This document shows, in pieces, positions 1 to 9,222 of a stretch of 31,263 nucleotides of DNA. The stretch comes from Candidatus Latescibacterota bacterium (GTDB taxonomy: Bacteria; Latescibacterota; UBA2968; UBA8231), in contig CBDBIJ010000054.1 of the NCBI GenBank assembly GCA_965205655.1, forward strand, positions 1 to 31,263. The letters are read 5' to 3'. Under the pieces are notes generated by a model that saw only the letters and a program-made list of their open reading frames with translations, searched no databases and had not been told where the DNA came from. Made by a program: the position numbers and the translations under genes. Each line of letters starts with the position of its first letter. Position 1 is the first letter of the stretch.

Positions 1-1122
1 CGCAACTCGGTCACTGTAGCCGCCGACGGATCCTTCATCCTGTTCGTCGACATCGACAACAATCTCCGGATTATCTCTTCCGACGGCACGGGCGAGGAGA
101 TCATCAACGACCTCGGCTTGTGGTCGTCGATCGCGCTTTCGCCGGACGGCAGAAAGCTGGCGCTGACCACGACGCGCCGGGAGAGCATCATCTTCATCCT
201 CGACCTGGTCGACGCAGAAGCGAGCAAGGTCGTAGAGCTATTCAGTCCGACGACGCAGGAGGACGTCGAGGTGAACGTGACGCAATTTGCAGACGCTCTG
301 GACTGGGACCCGAACAGCGAAATCCTGATCTACGATGCCTTCAACAGCATCCCGACTGGCGACGGCGAGTCGCTCGACTACTGGGATGTCAACATCCTCT
401 TCGCCGACAGCGACGTGATCATTCCGCTGTTTCCACCGCAGCCACCGGGGTTTCACCTGAGTAATCCGAGCTTCGCGAACACAAACGAGGCCTTCGTGGT
501 GTTCGATTTCTACGACGAGCAGGAAGAGGTGAACACCATCTGGGTGTACGACCTGTTCGCCGGGGAGGCGGCGCCGATCGAAACGATCGGCAGGGCCCTG
601 AGCTTTCCAAGCTTCTCTCCGGATGACGGCGAGCTGATCTTCGAGGTGTTTGACGAGGAGAGGGCGATTCTGACGATCAAGAGGCTCCCTCTGCAGCCCG
701 GGCGACTTCAACGGGCGGGACCGACACAGCCATTCCTGCTGGAGGCGCAGTCGGCAAGGTGGTTCATCATCGAGGACTTCGGTGGCGGCGAGACAGCGGT
801 CCAGGAAGTGGATGAAGTCCAGCTTCCTTTAGAGACTGAGCTGCAGCAGAACTATCCCAATCCATTCAACGCGGGCACGACTTTCCCTTACGAGCTTTCT
901 CGCGAGGGGGAGGTCTCACTGGTGATTCACGATCTGGCTGGTCAACGGGTGGCGATGCTGGAGCTCGGCTTCAGGGCAGCGGGCAGCTACGCCGAAAGCT
1001 GGAGCGGAATGGACGGCGAGGGGCGTCCGCTGGCGAGCGGAGTGTACTTCTACACGCTTGTATCGACGGCGATCGCGGGCGACGAAGTGATAGCTACCAG
1101 AAAACTGGTGCTGCTGCACTGA
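1..1122 (+). CDS. 5'-truncated TolB/WD40-like beta-propeller protein with C-terminal FlgD-Ig / T9SS type-A-like sorting domain
   Basis: Frame 1 is open from base 1 (RNSVTVAADGSFILFVD...), so the start lies upstream of the window. Propeller-blade motifs IALSPDGRKLA, LDWDPNSE and PSFSPDDGELIF. C-terminus LQQNYPNPFN...IHDLAGQRVA...WSGMDGEGRPLASGVYFYTL...RKLVLLH. Confidence 0.85.
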   Translation, partial: RNSVTVAADGSFILFVDIDNNLRIISSDGTGEEIINDLGLWSSIALSPDGRKLALTTTRRESIIFILDLVDAEASKVVELFSPTTQEDVEVNVTQFADALDWDPNSEILIYDAFNSIPTGDGESLDYWDVNILFADSDVIIPLFPPQPPGFHLSNPSFANTNEAFVVFDFYDEQEEVNTIWVYDLFAGEAAPIETIGRALSFPSFSPDDGELIFEVFDEERAILTIKRLPLQPGRLQRAGPTQPFLLEAQSARWFIIEDFGGGETAVQEVDEVQLPLETELQQNYPNPFNAGTTFPYELSREGEVSLVIHDLAGQRVAMLELGFRAAGSYAESWSGMDGEGRPLASGVYFYTLVSTAIAGDEVIATRKLVLLH

Positions 1123-1157
1123 GGGGCTGCCATCAAGTCTGTGAAGATGCGTCACGA

Positions 1158-2555
1158 ATGCCCCCGCCAAGCTCAGACGTCGTAGAGCATCGCACCGTCA
1201 TTATCGTCGGAGGGGGACCGGCCGGTCTCGGCCTGTCCGCCGTTCTCGGGGGGTGGCATCCGCACTTCAGCGAAAGCCCGGTACTGCGGCAGCGCTATCC
1301 TCAGATCGCGGACTATCTGGGACAGTTTCGGGGGTCGCTTCTGGAACTGCAGATGCGCGAATTCGTAAGCGCCAATCTTCCGCCGGTCGATCTGTTCAGA
1401 CTGCTCCACCACCCGCAGCAGAAGTACGAGGACGCGAATCAGATCGCCCTGGAGTTCCGGCAGAGCGATCCCGTCGACTATCTGCTCATAACGCAGGAGG
1501 AGGTGGGAGGTCTGTGGAACAACGCGCCCGAGAATCTGTTGACCCTGTCACCGGGGCAATGGATGGAGCTCGCCTTTTACCCGCTGGCGCAGCACGTTGC
1601 CGAAGTCGGTCTCGACATCGACGTCAACGACCTGATCGGCAAACGCAACCTGATCGAATACTACCACCGCATCCCGCAGCGGTTCGAACAGCAAGAGAGC
1701 ATCCGCACCGGCGAGCGCGTGACGCGCATCGAGCCGCACGAAGCGGGATTTCTGCTGACGACGAAGGATGTGTCAGGTCTCGCCAGACAGACTGACGGTC
1801 GTCCGACACACACCGCCCCGTTTCCGCAACCCGAAGACGATCTCGCCGACGCCGAAGAGCGTCAGTACACCTGCAAATACCTGGTGTACGCCGCGGGGCA
1901 GCGTTGTATGCTGCGGCGGCTCGAAGTCGACGGCGAAGATTTGCCGTTCGTCGATGTCTATTACGACAAAGCCGAGGACTACGATGGAGAGCGTGCGCTC
2001 GTTGTCGGGGGAGGTCGCTCGGCGGACTGGGCGGCAACGGAGCTGCACGACGCCGGCAAGCAGACCTACTACTCGATGCGCCAGGGTTCGGAGGTCCACT
2101 GGCGGCTGATAAACGACAGCCGTCTCGGCCTGCCCTACTACGCCCGCATCGCCGAAATCCTGGAGAGCCGATCTTCGCTCATGGAGGTGTTCTACGACAC
2201 GGTCGTGCAGAAGATCGAGCCTGCGGGAGAGGGGGGTGTGGTGACGCTATCTGCGAATGGAACGGAGCGGCACATCGAAGTGGACCATGTGGTCAAAGAG
2301 ATCGGTGGCTGGTGCGACTACGAGATCTTTCACGGCTTTCCGAAGCTCCAACTCGTCGAGCAGCACGACCCCTACCGTTTCCAGGTGCACCAGGTCAGGA
2401 CACATCCCCATAACTACGAGTCAGTGGACGTCGACAACCTCTACCTGGGCGGCTATCTGGCGCAGGGCCTGGGTCTCGTCATCATCGCCATGCACGGCGC
2501 CACCTACACCATCGCCGCGGACATTCTGCAGAAGGAAGGCAGGGTGGCTGGATGA
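1158..2555 (+). CDS. FAD/NAD(P)-dependent oxidoreductase (flavin monooxygenase-like), resembling the OSGIN/OKL38 family
   Basis: FAD Rossmann motif VIIVGGGPAG, then GGLW, a second dinucleotide motif ALVVGGGRSA, and a C-terminal NLYLGG. An ~80-aa insert lies between GxGxxG and GGxW, and TLSPGQWMEL resembles OSGIN1/2 as I recall them. Confidence 0.8.
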   Translation: MPPPSSDVVEHRTVIIVGGGPAGLGLSAVLGGWHPHFSESPVLRQRYPQIADYLGQFRGSLLELQMREFVSANLPPVDLFRLLHHPQQKYEDANQIALEFRQSDPVDYLLITQEEVGGLWNNAPENLLTLSPGQWMELAFYPLAQHVAEVGLDIDVNDLIGKRNLIEYYHRIPQRFEQQESIRTGERVTRIEPHEAGFLLTTKDVSGLARQTDGRPTHTAPFPQPEDDLADAEERQYTCKYLVYAAGQRCMLRRLEVDGEDLPFVDVYYDKAEDYDGERALVVGGGRSADWAATELHDAGKQTYYSMRQGSEVHWRLINDSRLGLPYYARIAEILESRSSLMEVFYDTVVQKIEPAGEGGVVTLSANGTERHIEVDHVVKEIGGWCDYEIFHGFPKLQLVEQHDPYRFQVHQVRTHPHNYESVDVDNLYLGGYLAQGLGLVIIAMHGATYTIAADILQKEGRVAG

Positions 2556-2570
2556 GCTTTTTCGGCGGAT

Positions 2571-3272
2571 CTACACCGACATCGCCACCCGAAATCCGTA
2601 GTCGGAGAAATGGCGATCGGGAGGGATGCTGCTGCGGGCGGCGCAACGCGTCACCTTGATGCTGTGGCGCCAGGAGCCGCCGCGCGAGGCGCGGCGCGAG
2701 CCCGTGGCGGGACCTGCCGGGTTCACGGCGGGTGATGAGGTGTAGTAGTCTGCGTCGTACCAGTCGGCGCACCACTCGTGCACGAGGTCGGCCATGTTGT
2801 GCAGTCCGAATTCGTTCGGCGGGTCACTGCCGACGACATCCGGTTTTTCGACATCGTCGCCCTTGTAGTGCGGGTCCATCCAATCGGGCAGATCGTCGCC
2901 CCAGGGATAATCCCGGCCCTCAACGCCACCTCGAGATGCCTTCTCGCGTTCCGCTTCGGTCGGCAGGCGGTAGGGCTTTCCGGTGGCCTCGACGAGCCAG
3001 GCACAGTAGTCGGTTGCGTCGAACCAGCTGGGTGAGACAAGCGGCTGCTCCGGGTTGGCGAAGCGTGGGTCGTCAAAGTCCGGGGTGGGCGCGCGGTTCG
3101 TTTGCTCGAGGAACCTCTCGTAATGACGGCGCGTAACGGGAAGGGTGGCGATTGCGAAAGCGTCGACGAGCACGCGGTGGACGGGTCGTTCGTTCTTGCG
3201 GCCACGTTCGCATCCCATCTGGAACTCCCCCGCGGGAACGGTGACGAGCTCAGGTTCGATCGGGATAGTCAA
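2571..3272 (-). CDS. FGE-sulfatase (SUMF1/EgtB/PvdO-like) domain protein
   Basis: Family motifs VPAGEFQMG, ERPVHRV, RLPTEAEREKA, YPWG, PNEFGLHNM, EWCADWY, RGGSW and GFRV. TTG start. The catalytic CxxxxC of true FGE is absent. Confidence 0.88.
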   Translation of the reverse strand: MTIPIEPELVTVPAGEFQMGCERGRKNERPVHRVLVDAFAIATLPVTRRHYERFLEQTNRAPTPDFDDPRFANPEQPLVSPSWFDATDYCAWLVEATGKPYRLPTEAEREKASRGGVEGRDYPWGDDLPDWMDPHYKGDDVEKPDVVGSDPPNEFGLHNMADLVHEWCADWYDADYYTSSPAVNPAGPATGSRRASRGGSWRHSIKVTRCAARSSIPPDRHFSDYGFRVAMSV

Positions 3273-3322
3273 TTGAAGGTTCGACGGAGACAGCGCCGCG
3301 TCTGCATGCGGCGGCCAGCTCG

Positions 3323-5173
3323 TTACCAGAGGATCTCCATGGGCGGCATGCGGAGAATATCGTTCCGCTCGATGAGGCCGGCCTCGACCGCCACTTTGTA
3401 GAGTGGCCGGACGGCATCCAGTATCCTATTGACCGCAAGGACCTGGGCGCTGGCGTCGCTGTTATCGGGCCCCTGATCGAGGAACTCATCGAGAATGGCC
3501 TCGATGGGGTCTTTCTCCCGGGGGAAGACGGTCACGGTGACCGGGGCATCCTCGTCCAGCCCCGCCTCCCGACGAGCCAGGCGTAGCGCCAGCTCGTAGC
3601 CTCCGACTGTATCGGCGAGTCCGCGAGCCATCGCATCCTCACCGGTCCAGATGCGGCCCTTGGCGACGGGCAGCACGGTATCCAACTCCATGTGGCGTCC
3701 CTGGGCCACTTTGTCGGTGAACTCGGCGTAGATGCGGTCCAGCGCGCTGTCCAGCTTGGCGCGCTGTCGCGGCGAGTAGTCCTCGAGACCCGACCAGATG
3801 CGGGCGTTCGAGCTCGTCTGGACGGCATCCCAGGTGACACCCGTGTGGTCCTTCCAGAATCGCCGCGTCAGCAACTTGCCGGCGAAGACGCCGATGGAGC
3901 CGGTGATGGTGCCGGGTTGCGCCACGATGCGATCGGCCGCCACCGAGACCAGGTAGCCCCCCGAGGCCGCCACGTCGCCCATTGAGACGACGACGGGTTT
4001 GCCGGCGCCGCTGGCGTTCGACACTTCTCGCCAGATGATATCCGAGGCCACGTAGGATCCACCCGGGGAGTTGACGCGGAAGAGAATGGCCTCGACGGCG
4101 TTATCCCTGACGGCGTTGCGGAAGGCGGCGGCGATCGTCGAGCTGCCCATGGAGGAAGACTCACCGAGTGGATCGAACTCCGTCTTGCCGCGGTGCACCT
4201 GTCCAACGCCGTATATGAGCGCGATGGTCGGGCCGGACTGGTGCGGCCTGCCGGCGCGCCCGAGATACTTCCTGAGATACAGAAAGTCGGCCTCGGCATC
4301 GCGACTGCCGACCTGGCTGTAGACTTCGTCCCTGTAGAGCAGGCTATCGACGAGGCCGTGCCGCAGGGCATCGGTCGCCGAGAAGGGAGCGCGATCGAAG
4401 AGGTCTGTGAGCTTTGCCGGCGACATGTCGCGGCGACGGCCAATACCGGCGACGATCTGATCGAACTGAGACTGCATCAATGTCTCCATCGCCTCGCGAT
4501 GGGCATTGCTGAACTCACGCCGGAGGAACATGTCGGCGATGCTCTTGTACTCCTCGCGCTGGAAAAACCGGGGTTCGACGCGGAGCTTGTCCAGGGTGCC
4601 TCGCACGAAAGGGCTTTCGTAGGCCAGACCAGTGAGGCCCAGATCACCGGAGGGCTGCAGGTAGATCTCTTCGAAGGCGCTGGCCAGGTAGTAGGCTCCC
4701 GTCCCCGGACCGAATTCTCCGAAGGACTCCGAAAAGGCGACGGCGAATTTTCCGGCTGCGATGAAATCGGTGACGGCATCGCGGATTTCCTGAATAGTCG
4801 CCAGCCCCATTGGAGCGGCGCCGACCTTGGCAACCAGCCCGACGACGCGCTCATCCCCGGCGGCGCGGTGCAGGGCGTCGGTGACATCGCGCAAGGTGAG
4901 TGGTTTCTCCGCCAGAAGGAGCGCCTGCGCGACCGGATCCTGGGGCAAGTACTCGAGCAGCCGTCGTTCGAGGTCGACTTCAAGGATGACGCGGTCGGGA
5001 ACGGGAAGGGCAGACGGCGCCTGTGACCCGGCAACGGCGACAATGACGATCAGCATCAAAACGACGATGGCTCCGATTGCGGCGAGGACGGGGACGAGTA
5101 GCTTCCTGATAATCCACCAGATGACAGCGAAGGCGCTCTTTGCGCCTTCCAGCACAGCTCCGGTCTCACTCAT
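3323..5173 (-). CDS. sppA: Signal peptide peptidase SppA (protease IV, 67K type, peptidase S49)
   Basis: N-terminal TM segment, then YYLASAFEEIYLQPSG, EYKS (catalytic Lys region), RVNSPGGS, SMGDVAASGGY (catalytic Ser), TITGSIGV and GRIWTGEDA. Confidence 0.95.
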   Translation of the reverse strand: MSETGAVLEGAKSAFAVIWWIIRKLLVPVLAAIGAIVVLMLIVIVAVAGSQAPSALPVPDRVILEVDLERRLLEYLPQDPVAQALLLAEKPLTLRDVTDALHRAAGDERVVGLVAKVGAAPMGLATIQEIRDAVTDFIAAGKFAVAFSESFGEFGPGTGAYYLASAFEEIYLQPSGDLGLTGLAYESPFVRGTLDKLRVEPRFFQREEYKSIADMFLRREFSNAHREAMETLMQSQFDQIVAGIGRRRDMSPAKLTDLFDRAPFSATDALRHGLVDSLLYRDEVYSQVGSRDAEADFLYLRKYLGRAGRPHQSGPTIALIYGVGQVHRGKTEFDPLGESSSMGSSTIAAAFRNAVRDNAVEAILFRVNSPGGSYVASDIIWREVSNASGAGKPVVVSMGDVAASGGYLVSVAADRIVAQPGTITGSIGVFAGKLLTRRFWKDHTGVTWDAVQTSSNARIWSGLEDYSPRQRAKLDSALDRIYAEFTDKVAQGRHMELDTVLPVAKGRIWTGEDAMARGLADTVGGYELALRLARREAGLDEDAPVTVTVFPREKDPIEAILDEFLDQGPDNSDASAQVLAVNRILDAVRPLYKVAVEAGLIERNDILRMPPMEILW

Positions 5174-5194
5174 GTCTTCTCGCCTCCACGGTTT

Positions 5195-5838
5195 CTACAA
5201 CGAATCGAGCCATTTTCGGATCTCCTGCGGATCTTCCCCAAACATCAGTGATCCCGGTACGATGTAGTCCGCTCCGGCCTCACTGATGAGTGGCACGGTG
5301 TGCCTGCGAATGCCACCGTCGGCTTCGATCTCCACCTGAAGACGGCGCCTGCGAATGGTTTCTCGACACCGTCTTATTCGGTCCGGTACGGATGGATCCA
5401 TGTCGACGCCTTTCCTGCCCGAGTCGGTGCCCATCACGGTGACGATGCCGATATCGCTCCAGTGCGGCTCGAGAATGTCGAGGTCGTCGGCGACGCGCAC
5501 CGAGACGCCGACCTGCTTTCCGCGGGCGCGAATGTGGGCGATGGTCTCGGCATCGTCACCTCCGGAGTTCAAATAGAAGATGAGGATGTCGGCGCCGGCG
5601 TCGACAAAGGGTCGACCCATTTTTTCGGCCTCTCGGTGATCAAGTGAACCTCGAAGGGCACATCAGTGCACGGCCGCATCGCCCTGATCAGGTCGGGAAA
5701 GAAAAGGAAGGTGTCGATCAGTCGACCGTCAGCCACGTCGAGATGAAACCGCTCCGAGACCGGCTCGACCCTCTTTATCTCGGAGGCGAGGTTCGTGAGG
5801 TCGGCCGACCAGAGGGAAGTGGAACACTTCAGAGTCAT
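5195..5838 (-). pseudogene. rpe: Ribulose-phosphate 3-epimerase family protein, split by a single-base frameshift near 5606-5611
   Basis: The N-half starts at ATG 5838 (MTLKCSTSLWSAD...FHLDVADG...EVHL). The C-half (PFVDAGAD...VTVMG...IEADGGI...AGADYIVPGS) is in another frame. Adding one base to the minus-strand CCCTTT run restores WVDPFVDAGAD. May be an assembly error. Confidence 0.8.
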
Positions 5839-5895
5839 TGCGTCAGCCCTCGCACGTGGTCCGAGAAGCAAAGCGCTGTCACCGCGGCCAGTTCC

Positions 5896-6717
5896 TCAAA
5901 GTTTGGCGCGCACGAAGGCGACGCTGTCGGAAACCTGCGACTCCTCGAGACCGTGGAATATCAAAGGAACCTGACCTTCTTGCTTCAACAGCGACAGGTA
6001 GAGATCGTAGTCGAGCATACCTGACCCGGCGGCGAGATTGCCCGCCTCGCCATCGTGGTCGAGGTCCTTGGCATGAGCGAAGGCGAGGTCGGACCCCAGC
6101 AGCTCGAACGCCTCTTCGAGCATCTCCGTCATTCGGGGCAGTTCACCTTCGTGAAAGATGTTGGCGCCGTCCATAACTACTTTCAGGTTTGGCGAGCCTA
6201 TCTCGTCCAGCAGGGATCTCGCTTTGGGCGCGGAGTCGATGACGTTGGCGACCTCCGGCTCGAAGGCGAGGACGACGCCCTTCTCCTCCGCAGCTGGCAG
6301 CGCCGCTGAGAGCGAGGCCACGAGGTCGCGCCACGCCTCCGGGGTGGCGTTGTCGGGATGGGCGCCCCACATGTTTTCGGGATCCCGGGTGCCGCTGCAT
6401 AGGGTGATGACGGAGGTTCCGAGGGCGCTGCAAGCGCCAATCAATTCGTCGAGCCGATGCAGGCCGCGCCGCCGCTCCTCTTCATCAGGATGAATCATGT
6501 TGAAGGTTCCGGAGACGGCGGTCATGGCAATCTCCCTTGTAGCCAACTCACGCTGGATGCTTTCACAAAGATCTGTCGCGATGCTGTCGGGCATGGAAAC
6601 CGACCCGCAGCTCTCGAAGTTGAACTGCACGCAGGTGAGACCGTGATCGCGCACGGCATCGAGCGCCCCACCCAGAGTCGGGCGCTGGAAGTGTTTGGAG
6701 AAAATTCCCAACTGCAC
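5896..6717 (-). CDS. Sugar phosphate isomerase/epimerase (xylose isomerase-like TIM barrel, AP_endonuc_2)
   Basis: Metal-ligand motifs LAFEPE, VVMDGAN and AHAKD, plus GSGMLDY. 273 aa, co-oriented with Gfo/Idh/MocA and rpe. Confidence 0.88.
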   Translation of the reverse strand: MQLGIFSKHFQRPTLGGALDAVRDHGLTCVQFNFESCGSVSMPDSIATDLCESIQRELATREIAMTAVSGTFNMIHPDEEERRRGLHRLDELIGACSALGTSVITLCSGTRDPENMWGAHPDNATPEAWRDLVASLSAALPAAEEKGVVLAFEPEVANVIDSAPKARSLLDEIGSPNLKVVMDGANIFHEGELPRMTEMLEEAFELLGSDLAFAHAKDLDHDGEAGNLAAGSGMLDYDLYLSLLKQEGQVPLIFHGLEESQVSDSVAFVRAKL

Positions 6718-6720
6718 GGA

Positions 6721-7800
6721 TCAGACGCCTCCGGAAACCTCTTCCAGAGTAGTCCAGGCGCCGTCTCTTTCCGCCGAGCGCGCGATGGCCACGAGCCCGC
6801 GCACGGCGGCAAGCCCATCGTCGACGTTCGCCCCGATCATGGGTGTATCGTCCAGACACGTCTCGGCAAAACCCTCCACCTCGAGCTTGTAGGTATGGGC
6901 GTCTTCGCCGAAGGGCCGGCGGTAGACACCGTCCTTGGCGGAGTAGCACTCGACGGTCCAAGCCTTGTGGTACCACGGCAGGGAGCCCTTGGCGAAGACG
7001 GATCCGTGCTCGCCGGAGGCGTGGAACCCCTCCTCGAAATCTCCACGCAGCGGAACGGTCAGGTCGAGATGGCCGAGACAGCCGTCCTCGAACTCGACGC
7101 TGACGAACCAGCAATAGGCGCCGAAGCGCTGCAGACAGCGGGCTGACACGCCTCGGAGCGAGCCGCCGATGAAACGGACTGTATCGACGAGGTGGCTGCC
7201 GTGGGCGATCAAGAGGTAGCGCTGGCGGTCCGCTTTCGGGTCGTCGTCGGGGCGGAGGGCCATGTCGCTATGAACGGGGATCGGCAGGACGTTGTCGGTT
7301 TGCGTGTAGCGATGAACCGAGTCGTAGTACCACGCCCTGAAGCCGAGGGGCTGCCCCATCTCGTCGGCCACGAACCGCCTGGCGTAGCGCACGCCGGGGT
7401 CGAAGCGCCTGTTGGTGCCCACCTGCAGGGTGAGGCCGGTCTCGCGCACTTTGTCGCGCAGTTGCTCGCATTCCTCGATCGTGACACCGAGGGGTTTTTC
7501 GACGAGGACGTGTTTGCCCGCTTCAAGCGCCTGCAGGCTCAGGGACACGTGAAAGGAATCGCTCGCTGCGACGATAACGGCCTCTACCTGTTCGTCCGCC
7601 AGCATGTCGGCGTAGTCGGTGAAGGTCACTCGAGGGTCGTGAACTGCCCTCATCCTGTCGACGAGATCCTCAGCCGTGTCGCAGATTGCGTAGAGCTCGG
7701 CATTGCGGGCTTTGCGGCAGGCATCGAAGTGGGCGTACTGGGCGATGGGGCCGCATCCGAGAATGCCGACGCGGAGCAGGCGCTCTTCCCTGCCAGGCAC
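6721..7800 (-). CDS. Gfo/Idh/MocA family oxidoreductase
   Basis: Motifs VGILGCGPIA, AGKHVLVEKP, NRRFDP and HGSHLVD. Confidence 0.92.
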   Translation of the reverse strand: MPGREERLLRVGILGCGPIAQYAHFDACRKARNAELYAICDTAEDLVDRMRAVHDPRVTFTDYADMLADEQVEAVIVAASDSFHVSLSLQALEAGKHVLVEKPLGVTIEECEQLRDKVRETGLTLQVGTNRRFDPGVRYARRFVADEMGQPLGFRAWYYDSVHRYTQTDNVLPIPVHSDMALRPDDDPKADRQRYLLIAHGSHLVDTVRFIGGSLRGVSARCLQRFGAYCWFVSVEFEDGCLGHLDLTVPLRGDFEEGFHASGEHGSVFAKGSLPWYHKAWTVECYSAKDGVYRRPFGEDAHTYKLEVEGFAETCLDDTPMIGANVDDGLAAVRGLVAIARSAERDGAWTTLEEVSGGV

Positions 7801-7803
7801 GAC

Positions 7804-8754
7804 TCAGTCTCCGGATCCCTCGATCTGATCCACCAGATGAACGGTGCGGATGACGTCCCTCAGATCGGTGAGCGGTACCTCATTCCGAACGACGCAATCG
7901 ACGAAGTGCTCGTGCATGGTCAGGGTGCCATCGTAACGCCGATGGTCCTCCTCATCGCAGTCCTGCAGCTCCCAGCCGCTGAGGACGGTGCGCTCGTTGT
8001 CCTCGTATACTTCCAGCTCACGGGGAATCCTGGCGTAGCAGCCGAGGCCCACTCCGTGGAGCTCGAAGCGCAGCACCCTGCCGCCAGAGGCCCGGTTGCC
8101 GAAGACGGTGCCCGTGGCGTCGTTGTCGAAGCGGATATGGGCGGTGTAGCAGTTGCGGCTGGCGCTGCCGAACCGGTCGCGGTAGGCCGTCACCTCCGCC
8201 GCCTCGCCACCAGCAAGATGGCGCAGCAGATCCACGACATGTATGACATCATTCCATAGAGTCGTGGTGTGCTCCTTACCGTCCCCGCCCAGCACCTGTT
8301 TGTTGAAGGTCGTCGTCGCCACTGTGACAGGGCCCTTTTCGGAGACCCTGCGCACCGCCTCGCTCGTGACGGTGGCGTAGCGGCGCTGCAGCCCGACCAT
8401 GCAGTAGACGTCATTGGCGAGGGCGGCATCCAGCAGTTGCTGGGTTTCAACGCTGTTCGCTCCGGGAGGTTTTTCGATGAACAGGTGGGCGCCGGCCTCG
8501 AGGCAATCGAGGGCCGGTTGCAGCAGCCACCTCTCGTGCATGATGCAGTAGACGACGTCCGGCTTCACCGCCTCCAGCATCTGGCGATGATCGTCGAACG
8601 TTTGCGGGAAATCGTACTCGGCCTGAACGTCGTTCAGCCGCTCTGCATCGAGCTCGCACGCGGCGGCGACTTCCACGACACCGAGCCTGGCGACGCTAGG
8701 GTAATGTGCCTGCCGCGCCCGTCCACCGGCACCGATGAAGCAGGCCTTCAGCAT
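7804..8754 (-). CDS. Gfo/Idh/MocA family oxidoreductase
   Basis: Motifs FIGAGGRA, GAHLFIEKP, GLQRRY and DVIHVVDLL. Confidence 0.92.
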   Translation of the reverse strand: MLKACFIGAGGRARQAHYPSVARLGVVEVAAACELDAERLNDVQAEYDFPQTFDDHRQMLEAVKPDVVYCIMHERWLLQPALDCLEAGAHLFIEKPPGANSVETQQLLDAALANDVYCMVGLQRRYATVTSEAVRRVSEKGPVTVATTTFNKQVLGGDGKEHTTTLWNDVIHVVDLLRHLAGGEAAEVTAYRDRFGSASRNCYTAHIRFDNDATGTVFGNRASGGRVLRFELHGVGLGCYARIPRELEVYEDNERTVLSGWELQDCDEEDHRRYDGTLTMHEHFVDCVVRNEVPLTDLRDVIRTVHLVDQIEGSGD

Positions 8755-8769
8755 CGATCGCGGCGGTAC

Positions 8770-9189
8770 TCAGTCGCCGCCGCTCGCATTCCCCGGCGCT
8801 TCCGAGGCGATGAGTCCCAGCAGCAAGCCGCCGACGAGGCACTCGGCAATCGTCCCGAAGACCCAGGCCATCGACATCGTTTCGCTGACAGGCATGACGG
8901 CGTAGGTCCCGATACCCATCGAAAAGCCCACACTGACGCCGAAGAGGATACCCCATTTTACAGCAGCGCCGAGCGACTTCTTGTTAAAGAAGCGGTAATA
9001 GATGTAGACGAAGACGAAGGCGGAGACGAGCACGGTGAAGTGGATGAGACCCATTTTCATCTCCTCCATCGGCCGCCACAGCGCCGCCGTCGCTTCGTAC
9101 TCCGTCTTGAGGATGACACCGTGCAAGAGAAAATCCATCACCGACCAGGCGACAAAAATCGCCAGCATGGCAAGCATCGCTCGCTTCAT
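8770..9189 (-). CDS. Small four-TM membrane protein of unknown function (DUF1761-like)
   Basis: Four hydrophobic segments, with GAAGGAGG upstream on the minus strand as RBS. Layout is similar to 13675..14115. Confidence 0.7.
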   Translation of the reverse strand: MKRAMLAMLAIFVAWSVMDFLLHGVILKTEYEATAALWRPMEEMKMGLIHFTVLVSAFVFVYIYYRFFNKKSLGAAVKWGILFGVSVGFSMGIGTYAVMPVSETMSMAWVFGTIAECLVGGLLLGLIASEAPGNASGGD

Positions 9190-9222
9190 ACTGCTTCCTC
9201 CTTCAAGCGCTGAAACGGGCTC

